From assembly GCF_009914755.1 (NCBI RefSeq), contig NC_060942.1: a stretch of 64,000 bases of DNA. One strand, 5' to 3'. The position numbers were made by a program, and so were the translations under genes. The notes beneath the pieces are model-generated. The model worked only from the letters and a program-made list of their open reading frames with translations, was not told where the DNA came from and did no database searches. The stretch is from the human T2T-CHM13v2.0 reference genome, Homo sapiens. Each line of letters opens with the position of its first letter. Within the stretch, counting starts at the first letter, position 1. Of the stretch, positions 44,851-64,000 are shown piece by piece.

Positions 44851-45192
44851 ATAGTTGTCTCTCAGTATCCGTAGGGGGCTGGTACCAGGGTCCCCTGCAG
44901 ATACCAAAATCCAAGAATGCTCAAGTCTCTTACATGAAATGGCATAGTATTTGCATATAAGCTATACACATCCTCCTACGTACTTTACATCATTTCTAGT
45001 TTACAATACCTAATATATGGCAAATGCTATGAAATGGTTGTTATACTATACTGTTTAGGAAATACTGACAAGGAAAAAAGTCTGTACATGTTCAGTACAG
45101 ATGTAACCAACCTTTTTTCCTGAATATTTTTGATCCAAGGTTGGTTGAAACCAAAGATAAGTCATTCACAGACATGAAGGGCCAAATATACT
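44851..45192 (+). mobile_element. MER2 (Tigger) DNA transposon
   Basis: AGTTGTCTCTCAGTATCCGTAGGGG...TGGCATAGTATTTGCATATAA...GAAGGGCCAA. Confidence 0.78.
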
Positions 45193-48100
45193 GTCTAAAA
45201 GTGATAGGTCAATAAACAGAAATTTATAATAAAAAGTTAAAAATAACAGCAAAATTAGGAACCAAAATGTAACTGATAGAAATCAAAGTCTAGGACAGGT
45301 GGAAAATGACCTAAATTTCTTATCTAGCAAAAAGTTAAGAAATATTTTTTTTGAGTTGAAAAAATATAGAGAGAAAGGCATGGTATATTTTTAGACTTTT
45401 GGAACAACAATAAAACCCTAAAAACAAACAAACAAAAATGGTTAAAAGCATAATGGGAGTGGGATTTAATGGAAAAGGGAAGACTTTCACTATTTTGAAT
45501 TTTTTCAGTACTGTCTGCACAAATATTGCTTTCATTTAAAAAATATGAGAAATGGAAATGAGAGAATAAAAAATGTGACATCAGGTGATCCACCCGCCCC
45601 AGGCTCCCAAAATGCTGAGATTACAGCCTTGAGCCACTGCGCCCAGCCTATTTCACTTTAAGTTAAATATATTTTGTTTCGAACGTGCTTTCATAGACAT
45701 GAGCTCAGGTGAAGCCTTGGAAATTTTAGTTGCATCCCATAATAGCTTTGAATCATATGGAAGATTCTGTTATATCTATCATAGCTATTAGTCTATATCC
45801 CTGCCCAATAAATGGGGAGAGGAGCGTGATGAGGACCTCTAACCTCAAATCCCCCATTAACTTCCCATTCTCCTGCTGCATCCTAACAGCACTTGAAGTT
45901 ATCAGGATGGTGACTCCTGGTAGGTGTAAGGAAACCAAACACTTAAGCCTTCTAGACAGAAGACCTTCTGTTACAGAATTACTTAGGCTTCTTAGCATGA
46001 AAGACCCAAATCTGATCTTCGAATTATGACACAACAAATTTACCCAGTTTGGTAAATGTTCTGGTTTACCCAGTATCTATTGATAAAGTTATCATCGCTG
46101 GCTCTCTCAGGCCAAATGCACAACCAGATTCTCACAGGCACATTCTCTCTCATTCTGAGACACACACAGAATAAATTCTCAATGCATGAAAAGAAGGGGA
46201 TGAAGAATACAGAAGGGAGATTCTTAAAAAAAAAAAAAAAGTCACTACAATAGATCCCCCTCCTCCCCATTGAGTGATGAGAAGTAGGGAAAGTAGATTA
46301 ACCAGGTTAAAGTGTAGCAGGGACCTTTTTGTGAATGACTGCCACCAGCAGACCACAATATTGGAAATATGCAACTGGAAGGGTAAAGAAAAAGCTGCTC
46401 TGGTTAAAGAAGAGGTAAGTGATTCCAGAAACTCAACTCCTGCTCTCCTCCATCCCTGTGCTTAGCTCTTCTACAGACTAGTTTGAGACAGGGTCTCCCT
46501 CTGTCGCTCAGGCTGGAGTGCAGTGTCAAGATCAGAGCTAGCTGTAACCCAGAAATCCTGGCTTCAAGCGATCCTCTTGCCTCTCAAAGCGCTGGAATTA
46601 CAGGTGTGAGCTACCAAGCCCTGCCCTCCAGACCATTTTTGGAGGAGGAAGCAAGGCAGCAGTGACAGAAGTTCAGGCCATCAAATCTTATGATCTTGTC
46701 CCACATTAATTCACAACTAGTTAATTCAAAATCTGTTCATTCACAAACTAATCACTCCTTCAGCTCCTAACAACACAGATGCCATAAATAAGCAACTGGT
46801 AAATTGAGTAATTTCTTCTCTGGCACCTTGAAAGCTTCTAATATATAACACATTATTGTAACCATCTTTGAGCACACAGGCCACATTTTCCCTTTTCAGA
46901 GAACTTCCCCACTTCCTTTCCTTCAATCCATCAGGATAATCTGCTGATCAGGTTTGTGTGCTTTGACTCTAAGCCCCCGGCTATGGATGATTAGAACAGA
47001 AGTAGAGACCTAAACTCAGCCAATCAGATTCTCTCTCCCAGAAGAACTGGAAGAGAGGTGGGCTGGTATTCTGGTCACCCGGACTGAAAGGCAACAAGGT
47101 ATAGAGCTGCCATATTCTGCTATGACCAGCCAAGATCTCTGGTACTGGCTCACGCAGCAGTCTCCAAAACTGAAATAGTCAGGCGACCCCCTTAACAGTT
47201 GCCTAATCGAATAACCAACCCTCCCCCGCCCAACTCCACCCCCGACACACAAGTCTGAAAAGCAAAGGCACCAGGGTCACCAAACCACACTGAGGATTAC
47301 CTTTCCCAAAATTCCCTATCTCCAGTATAGATGCAGCACTAGCCAGGATATGAACTGCTCTGGTTATACTTGTCCAAAATGAGTAGCCTTGAAGGGTAAT
47401 GGAAATCCTCTCTGTGGCATATCAGCAGCCAAATATGTGGCATCCAGATCGGCTGACCAATTTCTCTACTGCCAAGAAGTTAGCCAACAAACTAATGCCC
47501 AAAATTTTTCCTGGTCCTATAATTTACTTGAGCATCACTCTGACCACCACAATATATTCTGATCCAAGGACCATCATTTTGAGAATCCAAGATTATTTCT
47601 TCCCCTTTTCTTTCTTTCTATTCCGTTTTTTAGTCTGTTTTTCTTCCTTTATTATAATGTCACACAAGAAGGATGTTACCAATCATTTAATTTAGGAGCA
47701 ATCGCAGGATGATGGCTAGAAGCTCCACCTAGACCCCAAGGTACCAGAACAAAGTAGTGTAGCCCGGGCTCTGAAAAGCCCAGACTCTAAAAGCTACATG
47801 TCTAAGATTAAAAATCTTAGCTTTTCAAATCTCAAGCTGTGTGATTTAGGTCAGGTTAACCTCTCTGTGCTTCAATTTCTTGAAAAAATTGTGAGAATTA
47901 AATAAGTATAGAAAAAATGCTTAGACCAGAACCAGGCATGGAATAACCACTATATTAAAATGGGTATATACCATCATCATCATTACTGTCTGTAATGGGA
48001 TGTAAGGGCGGGGTACAGTTCATCTTCAAGTGTAGGGTAACATGGGTCTGCACAGAGCAGTTAAGGCAAAGAAAAGCAGATGATGCTTACTGCATGTGCC

Positions 48101-49985
48101 CAGCCTGCACCCCTCACTCCTCTGAAAATTCTCCCCAGTTAGTCTCTGTTGGGCACGTCATATGAATTGTGGGAGAGGGGCCATCTTCTAAAAATGCAAG
48201 AAGTAAAGACAGCTGATTTACAGGAAAAGAGGATGAAGCTGATCCACAAACCAAAACAGAGAGGAAGGCAGAAAGGAAGAGAAAAAAAAGCTTCTTTGGT
48301 TTCTATCACTTTCCAGTTGCTGGTTGCACTCCAATCTGAGCACTGACTGCTTTTACTCTGCTCTATAAGAGCGAGTAAATTCTTCGCTTTACATTAAGCT
48401 TTGGCCAACAACATTCACAAGAGTCTAATAAAAATCCTGGAAAGTTTTCATTAACAAAAAAAAAAAAAAGAACTTAGAAAACTTGTATACATCTGTTACT
48501 ACACAAAAATTAAAAATGGCAGGTAAAAATAAATATAACTTCAGAGTTCAGTCTTCTCAACCCATCCTAAATCTAACGCATGAATTTACAGAGGTGAGGT
48601 TCAGGGTTCGTTGTTTGAAAAGCTCCACAGGTGTTAAAAGCTCTACAGCTGGGGCTCTGAGCCACTAAAACCCTTAAACTTATCAAGTATGAACACCCTT
48701 TACCTACACTTATGGTTCTCTGCATAAACTAGTATGGGGCATAACATGTATTAATATGTGTTTACTGGGAACTTAATAATTATTTTTGAAACAGCAGGAG
48801 GGAATATGGCAGGCACTGTGCAAACTCCAACAATCTCCGTTTAGAGCAGAGGATACGTTCTTTTGCTCACGTCCACTAAGCAGGTAACCAGCCAACATCC
48901 TTCCCCCATCCCATCTCTTGCGGAAAACAATAAATATACAAAACTGAACCTTTTACCGGATTCCTCTTCCTTATTTGAAAAAGAAATCCTAATATCATAA
49001 GTGTTACACAAACGAGTTGCAGTAAATGTAATTTCAAGTTTACACTCATCTCTACCTTGATACATTTAAAAAAAAAAAAAATCAGGGTTTCTGTCCGTAA
49101 ACATCTCATTTATGTCGCCAGTAATTCAGCGATACACACAAATCCATCTCATTCGTCACACTTAGTTAGGACTTTAAAGGTTATCAGTCTGGGGGGAAAA
49201 AGTCTCTTCTGTTCTACCCCCATCACAGCCCTATTCCAGACCTCTGCTATACAAGGGTATCAACAATAAAGTTATGATCTTGTTTTAAGACTGAGAAGAA
49301 AAAAATATTTTTCCTCAAGAGTAAAAGGGGTGCACAAACCTCACAACATAGACTTTGCAGATTTCTTACTAAAACACTAAGAAAATATCGAGGTTTAAGG
49401 CCGATTATTGAAGGCAGGGATCCCCAAACATTAGGTTCCTCGAAGATGTTAGGAGGCAAGGGTGGGAGAAGGGGCCTTTTCTCGTGACAGACCTGACTAA
49501 ACGGTAGCATCAGCCATAAGAAGAGGAGAGATTCCTAAACGCAACTTCAGCTTTCAGAAAACAGTCCTCCACCAAGTGAGTAGCATGCAGACTTGTGAAT
49601 AGCCACAGACACGTACACCCCGGTGAAGGTGCAAGATCAAACGTTGCTTCCCACATCGGCCCTCACTGCGAACCGGGATGTCGGGTCCCCATGTGCCCCT
49701 CCTGGAGGGCGCCCCGACCCCCCGCGCCAGGTGTGCGGACCACTGGCAGCACTCAGGAGCCGGCTCGCCGCGGCCCAGGCCCGCCGCCCCCGCGCCGCCC
49801 GCGTGCCCTCCGCCGGCCCGCTCCCCTCCCCCGCGCCCTCGGCGCCCGTTCGTCCGCGGGCCGGGGCTCAGGGCTCCGCCAACCGGCCCCAGAGGCACGA
49901 GCAGGCGGCGGCCGGCGACGTTGCGGTTTCCCCACCTCCTCTCCCATCCCCTCCCCCGCGGCCTCCGCTCTCCACTCCCGCTTAC

Positions 49986-50009
49986 CCTCAACTCTTCGAA
50001 ATCCGCCAT
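49986..50009 (-). CDS. PIAS2: PIAS2 canonical exon 1 coding part (MADFEELR)
   Basis: ATG GCG GAT TTC GAA GAG TTG AGG followed by a GTAAGC donor; phase 0 joins exon 2 to give MADFEELRNMVSSFRV, the PIAS2 N-terminus. Confidence 0.96.
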
Positions 50010-50110
50010 TTTATACCACCCGCGGGCGCCGCCGCCGCTGCCGCCGCACCCACTCCCGCTGCCGCCAACGACGCTGCCGCCACCACGGCCGCCGCCGCCT
50101 CCAGCACCAT
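49988..50110 (-). other. Overlapping out-of-frame uORF (40 aa, Ala-rich) in the PIAS2 5'UTR
   Basis: CAGGATGG Kozak context; 41 codons with no internal stop, ending in TGA inside the MADFEELR codons. Confidence 0.55.
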
Positions 50111-50259
50111 CCTGCACTGGGCGCCGCTTAAGACGCCGCGGCCGCCGCCGCTACAGCCGGGCCCGTCACGTGAACGGCGCGGGAGCTCCGCCTCCGACGC
50201 GCCGAAGCCCCGCCCCTAGCGGTGCCCCCTGCCCACCCGCGCGACCGCCTTCCGCCCGC

Positions 50260-50590
50260 GCCTTCAGTCCGCGCGGCGACAGCGCCCGCCCGAGCCTGCC
50301 CCGGCGTGCTGCCCCGCGGCTTGGCCCCGCTCGGCCCCAGGTCGTGCCTTCCCTCCCCGGCGGAGGCCCCTGCGGACTGCCTAGAGCTGGGTCGCAACTG
50401 AGGCGTTATCCGCGGGCCTGGCCTGGGGAAGTGGCGGGGAGGAAGAAGAGGCGGCCGGGACGCGTGACAGGAGCATTCGGGAAGATTCTTACGGTGCCCT
50501 TCACGCGGTGCCTATGGACGGAGAAAGCCGCCGCAAATAAAACCATCCCCCAGAGTAGTTGTGGCGGAATAATCTAAATATGGGTGTTGG
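50260..50590 (+). other. KATNAL2: Probable non-coding first exon of the divergent gene (KATNAL2)
   Basis: GG|GTAAGC donor at 50591 at the island edge, and L1 orientation flips to minus beyond it. The gene name comes from recalled PIAS2/KATNAL2 head-to-head order; the start is approximate. Confidence 0.6.
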
Positions 50591-51123
50591 GTAAGCTATT
50601 GTTCCCATCTAATGGTGAGGTTGTGTGACACCTCTTTGAATTGCTAATGTCCTGCAAGTACCAACCTTGCCGAGTTTTTCTGACCTTGAAGGGCACCTGA
50701 AGGTCACGGACTGCAGAGTTGGGAGAGTTAGGCGGTGGGGTTGGGGGCGGGGAGAAGTGAAATAAGAGCGCTCAGAAGGGCCATGCTAAAAAGTCGGGGA
50801 AATCTGATAGCTAGGAAGGAGTCAAACGCCAAGGCAGAGTAAGTAGATAGAAGGAAGCTTGATGGCCCCCCCGTAATGTGCTGATATAGGATGAAGGAAG
50901 ATGCTGAGTCAAGATGGCCAGAAAAATCGCTGGACGGTGTCCAGGGTTCAATTTCCTTGAAGAATTGGGTGGAACCCACACACGAGAGGTCTTTAAAACA
51001 ATGTAACTTTTAAGGCCCTGTTTAATCAGCCTCCTACCTACCGCCTCTTCCCACTACCCCTCGTTTCATCCGCACTGCACTTCCAGGTCTTCCTTCCACT
51101 CCCCTGCCCCCGCACCCCGCAAG

Positions 51124-52334
<1,211 letters not shown>

Positions 52335-52724
52335 TTAAAATTTTATGTTAAAAAATTGTAAACCCACTAGACTATAATGGCTGATAAATGCCTAACAAAT
52401 AGTTGGCCTTGTATTTGTTTAATGAATAAAGGAATGAATGAACAATGTCCAGGTTCTAAATCTGTCTCTCCACCATTAACTTTGTGATCTTCGCTTGGCT
52501 TATTCTTACTCTTGATTTATTCTCCGTAGACCTTGATTTACACCTCAGTAGAATTTAACATTGTTTAGTAGGCTTTAAGTGAATGCCACTGTGGGAGGAG
52601 TTTTCGGGGAATAGACGAATAGAGTACAATACAGCCCTGCCACAGAGGAGCTTACACCCATAAAGAGGACCAACATAAACACAAAACAGTAAGAAAAGAA
52701 AAGCAAAGCCCCACTGAAACTTAC

Positions 52725-52760
52725 GTGCAGTGTTCTTTGTAGTTGCTTCCCAGCATTCAT
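52725..52760 (-). CDS. PIAS2: PIAS2 alternative first coding exon (MNAGKQLQRTLH)
   Basis: 12 codons followed by a consensus GTAAGT donor (52719-52724), phase 0 compatible with exon 2. Matches my recollection of an alternative PIAS2 N-terminus. Confidence 0.78.
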
Positions 52761-53256
52761 TCTGCCCCTTCCTCAATGTGTAGCAGCTCCTGGATGGGTT
52801 GGGTAGGTTTGACTGCAAAGAGTTCTAGGTGCTGCCCTAGACTGGCCTGAGTCATTAAGGACTGTTATGTCATTCTGGCCACAGTATTAGATCACAACTG
52901 GGCATATAAATCTGATTAGTACTGAGCATTTATAGGCTTTGCCAAGTAGATCAAGTGTGGACCCGTGCCCTAAGGTAGGCTAATCAGAGGGAAGCCTAGG
53001 ACATTTATTCAGTGATTAGAGATAAGACTTTCTGGCATGTGGAACACTCGCCATTTTGCTACAGTGAAGAGCCAACCTGAGAACCAACCCTTCTTGTGAG
53101 CAGAAAAATCACACACACACAAAATCTCAGCATTGACTTTGATACTCACTCTGCCTCTGTACTGGCCAGTTTTCTTGAGCCAATGCCTTTCTTGTAAGGT
53201 TTTAGATTGTTTGAGTTGAGATTTCTATTAGTTGCAATAGAAAGAATTCTGAAATA
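52726..53256 (+). mobile_element. Ancient MLT1 (J/K/L-like) MaLR LTR
   Basis: Start TGCAG..TGTAGTTGCTTCCCAGCATTCATTCTGCCCCTTCC, internal CTGGCCACAGT and GCCATTTTGCTAC, end GTTTGAGTTGAGATTTCTATTAGTTGCAA..AAAGAATTCT; these resemble the recalled MLT1K/L consensus. Confidence 0.62.
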
Positions 53257-53755
53257 GGGTGCTACTTTGTCTCACCAGACCAGATTATTAATTTGGCATT
53301 TTTTCTAATCTATACTCCCCAATAATCATTCAATATATGTTCAAAGGAATGGCTGAGTGGTAAAGGGTAGAAAGGGCATGTTTCTCTTCACTGTTGTGAT
53401 CATTTCTGCTCTGGTCTAGATTTATATATCCTCATTAAAAAGAAATCCCTGCACTTACTTGAATCCAACTTCCTTATAACATAGTAATGTGGTATACCCT
53501 TAAAGGGGAGTGGAGAAGGAGGGAGGTGCAGTAATCTTATCACTCACAAAAGGCCACATATCAAAGTACCAGTGCCAGCCACATGCTGAACTCTTCTACC
53601 AGAGGAATTCTATTAAATATATCCTTTTTCTTTATTACATTTCCAATGGTAAAATGTTTTAGTGCTCTTTATGGATTGAATCTCCAGGCAATTACCTGAC
53701 TAGGCTACCGTCTTAAAATGGCTCCAAATTAGAAGATTCATTATAAGTACTGTGA

Positions 53756-55480
<1,725 letters not shown>

Positions 55481-55529
55481 AAAAAGTTGAAACATAAACT
55501 TCGAAAGCATAGCAGTATGGTTATCTGTA

Positions 55530-55620
55530 TAAGATTTATAATTTAATATATAATATCATATTAATATAATATATATTTAATATATAATATTATATATGAT
55601 ATTGTATATATAATATAGTT
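55530..55620. repeat. AT-rich low-complexity tract
   Basis: Seen directly. Confidence 0.85.
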
Positions 55621-55959
55621 AAATCCTTAGATCTGAAGTAAACACTTCAGTCCATATAGAAAAATTCTTATCAACATACAGAACTTTTTTTTTTTAGACC
55701 TTTAGTAAGATCTCAACTTATTTTTTTTTTAATTTTATTATTATTATACTTTAAGTTTTAGGGTACATGTGCACAACGTGCAGGTTTGTTACATATGTAT
55801 ACATGTGCCATGTTGGTGTGCTGCACCCATTAACTCGTCATTTAGCATTAGGTATATCTCCTAATGCTATCCCTCCCCCCTCCCCCCACCCCACAACAGT
55901 CCCCGTCCCCGGTGTGTGATGTTCCCCTTCCTGTGTCCATGTGTTCTCATTGTTCAATT

Positions 55960-59791
<3,832 letters not shown>

Positions 59792-59854
59792 TATGATGTT
59801 AGCTGGTTATTTTGCTTGTTAGTTGGTGCAGTTTCTTCTTAGCCTTGATGGTGT

Positions 59855-60871
59855 TTACAATTTGGCATGTTTTTGCAGTGGCTGGTACTGGTTGTTCCTT
59901 TCCATGTTTAGTGCTTCCTTCAGGAGCTCTTTTAGGGCAGGCCTCGTGGTGACAAAATCTCTCAGCATCTGCTTGTCTGTAAAGTATTTTATTTCTCCTT
60001 CACTTATGATGCTTAGTTTGGCTGGATATGAGATTCTGGGTCGAAAATTCTTTTCTTTAAGAATGTTGAATATTGGTCCCCACTCTCTTCTGGCTTGTAG
60101 AGTTTCTGCTGAGACATCAGCAGTTAGTCTGATGGGCTTCCCTTTGTGGGTAACCCGACCTTTCTCTCTGTCTGCCCTTAACATTTTTTCCTTCATTTCA
60201 ACTTTGGTGAATCTGACAATTATGTGTCTTGGAATTGCTCTTCTCGAGGAGTATTTTTGTGGCATTCTCTGTATTTCCTGAATCTGAATGTTGGCCTGCC
60301 TTGCTAGATTGGGGAAGTTCTCCTGGATAATATCCTGCAGAGTGTTTTCCAACTTGGTTCCATTCTCCCCGTCATTTTCAGGTACACCAATCAGACGTAG
60401 ATTTGGTCTTTTCACATAGTCCTATATTTCTTGGAGGCTTTGTTCGTTTCTTTTTATTCTTTTTTCTCTACACTTCTCTTCTCGCTTCATTTCATTCATT
60501 TCGTGTTCCATCACTGATACCCTTTCTTCCAGTTGATTGCATCGGCTACTGAGCCTTCTGCATTCGTCACGTAGCTCTTGTGCCTTGGTTTTCAGCTCCA
60601 TCAGGTCCTTTAAGGACTTCTCTGCATTGGTTATTCTAGTTATCCATTCGTCTAATTTTTTTTCAAAGCTTTTAACTTCTTTGCCATTGGTTCGAATTTC
60701 CTCCTGTAGCTCGGAGTAGTTTGATCGTCTGAAGCCTTCTTCTCTCAACTCGTCAAAGTCATTCTCCATCCAGCTTTGTTCCGTTGCTGGTGAGGAGCTG
60801 CGTTCCTTTGGAGGAGGAGAGGCACTGTGATTTTTAGAGTTTCCAGTTTTTCTACCCTGTTTTTTTCCCAT
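59855..60871 (-). pseudogene. L1 ORF1, one premature stop
   Basis: MGKKQGRKTGNSK...SLQEI*DYVKRPN...QKHAKL; TGG>TAG at 60422-60424. Confidence 0.93.
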
Positions 60872-61390
60872 CTTTGTGGTTTTATCTACCTTTGGTCTTT
60901 GATGATGGTGACGTACAGATGGGTTTTTGGTGTGGATGTCCTTTCTGTTTGTTAGTTTTCCTTCTACCAGACAGGACCCTCAGCTGCAGGTGTGTTGGAA
61001 TTTGCTAGAGGTCCACTCCAGACCCTGTTTGCCTGGGTATCAGCAGCGGTGGCTGCAGAACAGCGGATATTGTGAACTGCAGATGCTGCTGCCTGATCGT
61101 TCCTCTGGAAGTTTTGTTTCAGAAGAGTACCTGGCCGTGTGAGGTGTCAGTCTGCCCCTACTGGGGGGTGCCTCCCAGTTAGGCTACTCGGGGGTCAGGG
61201 ACCCACTTGAGGAGGCAGTGTGCCTGATTTCAGATCTGAAGCTGCATGCTGGGAGAACCACTACTCTCTTCAAAGCTCAGTTGGAAATGCAGAAATCACC
61301 TGTCTTCTGCATCACTCACGCTGGGAGATGTGGACCGGAGCTGTTCCTATTTGGCCATCTTGGCTCCTCCCCCCTGATACGGAACATTTT

Positions 61391-63998
<2,608 letters not shown>

Positions 63999-64000
63999 AA

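Larger units (their letters stand above)
49600..50560. promoter_or_regulatory. CpG island, bidirectional promoter
   Basis: Very GC- and CpG-rich. E-box GTCACGTGA (50165-50173), GC box GCCCCGCCCC (~50207), and a YY1-like AAAATGGCGG at the PIAS2 ATG. Confidence 0.93.

Noticed and set aside
45730-49500. Short ORFs in unique/MIR/MLT sequence of PIAS2 intron 1
   Set aside because: No recognisable domains or convincing paired splice signals.
50010-50117. In-frame GTG-initiated Gly-rich N-terminal extension of PIAS2
   Set aside because: The frame is open, but that is expected in GC-rich UTR sequence; no support for GTG initiation.
49554-50577. Long Pro/Ala/Arg-rich ORFs (178-299 aa) on both strands
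   Set aside because: Stop-poor CpG island sequence, mostly non-ATG starts, low complexity.
55545-55612. PATRR-like AT-rich inverted repeat
   Set aside because: Under 100 bp and imperfect; symmetry is expected from AT low complexity.

Overview
Primate (most likely human) repeat-rich genomic DNA covering the 5' end of PIAS2 (SUMO E3 ligase PIASx, minus strand). It holds the canonical coding exon 1 (MADFEELR) in a CpG island at ~49.6-50.6 kb, the 475-bp exon 2 (SAP domain) at 23239-23713, and an upstream alternative first exon (MNAGKQLQRTLH) at 52725-52760. A divergent plus-strand first exon starts from the same island; this is probably KATNAL2, named from recalled gene order rather than from coding sequence in the window. 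Intron 2 holds a complete but decayed class I (HERV-I/HERVIP10, LTR10-type) provirus at 855-10528. It has a 4-bp TSD and a tRNA-Pro PBS, sits inside an older MLT1 LTR, and was itself hit by two AluY elements. The right end holds a full-length L1PA4-like LINE-1 whose 5'UTR lacks a precisely spliced intron (SpIRE97/622 type). The rest is about 45 Alus, old L1M fragments, MER DNA transposons and MIR/L2 relics. I found no wholly new gene system. The best leads are regulatory: an MLT1-derived alternative PIAS2 N-terminus, a strong-Kozak overlapping uORF, p53-type elements in the provirus, and several fold-back templated rearrangements. Repeat subfamily calls come from recalled consensus sequences and need RepeatMasker/Dfam confirmation; most repeat boundaries are approximate.
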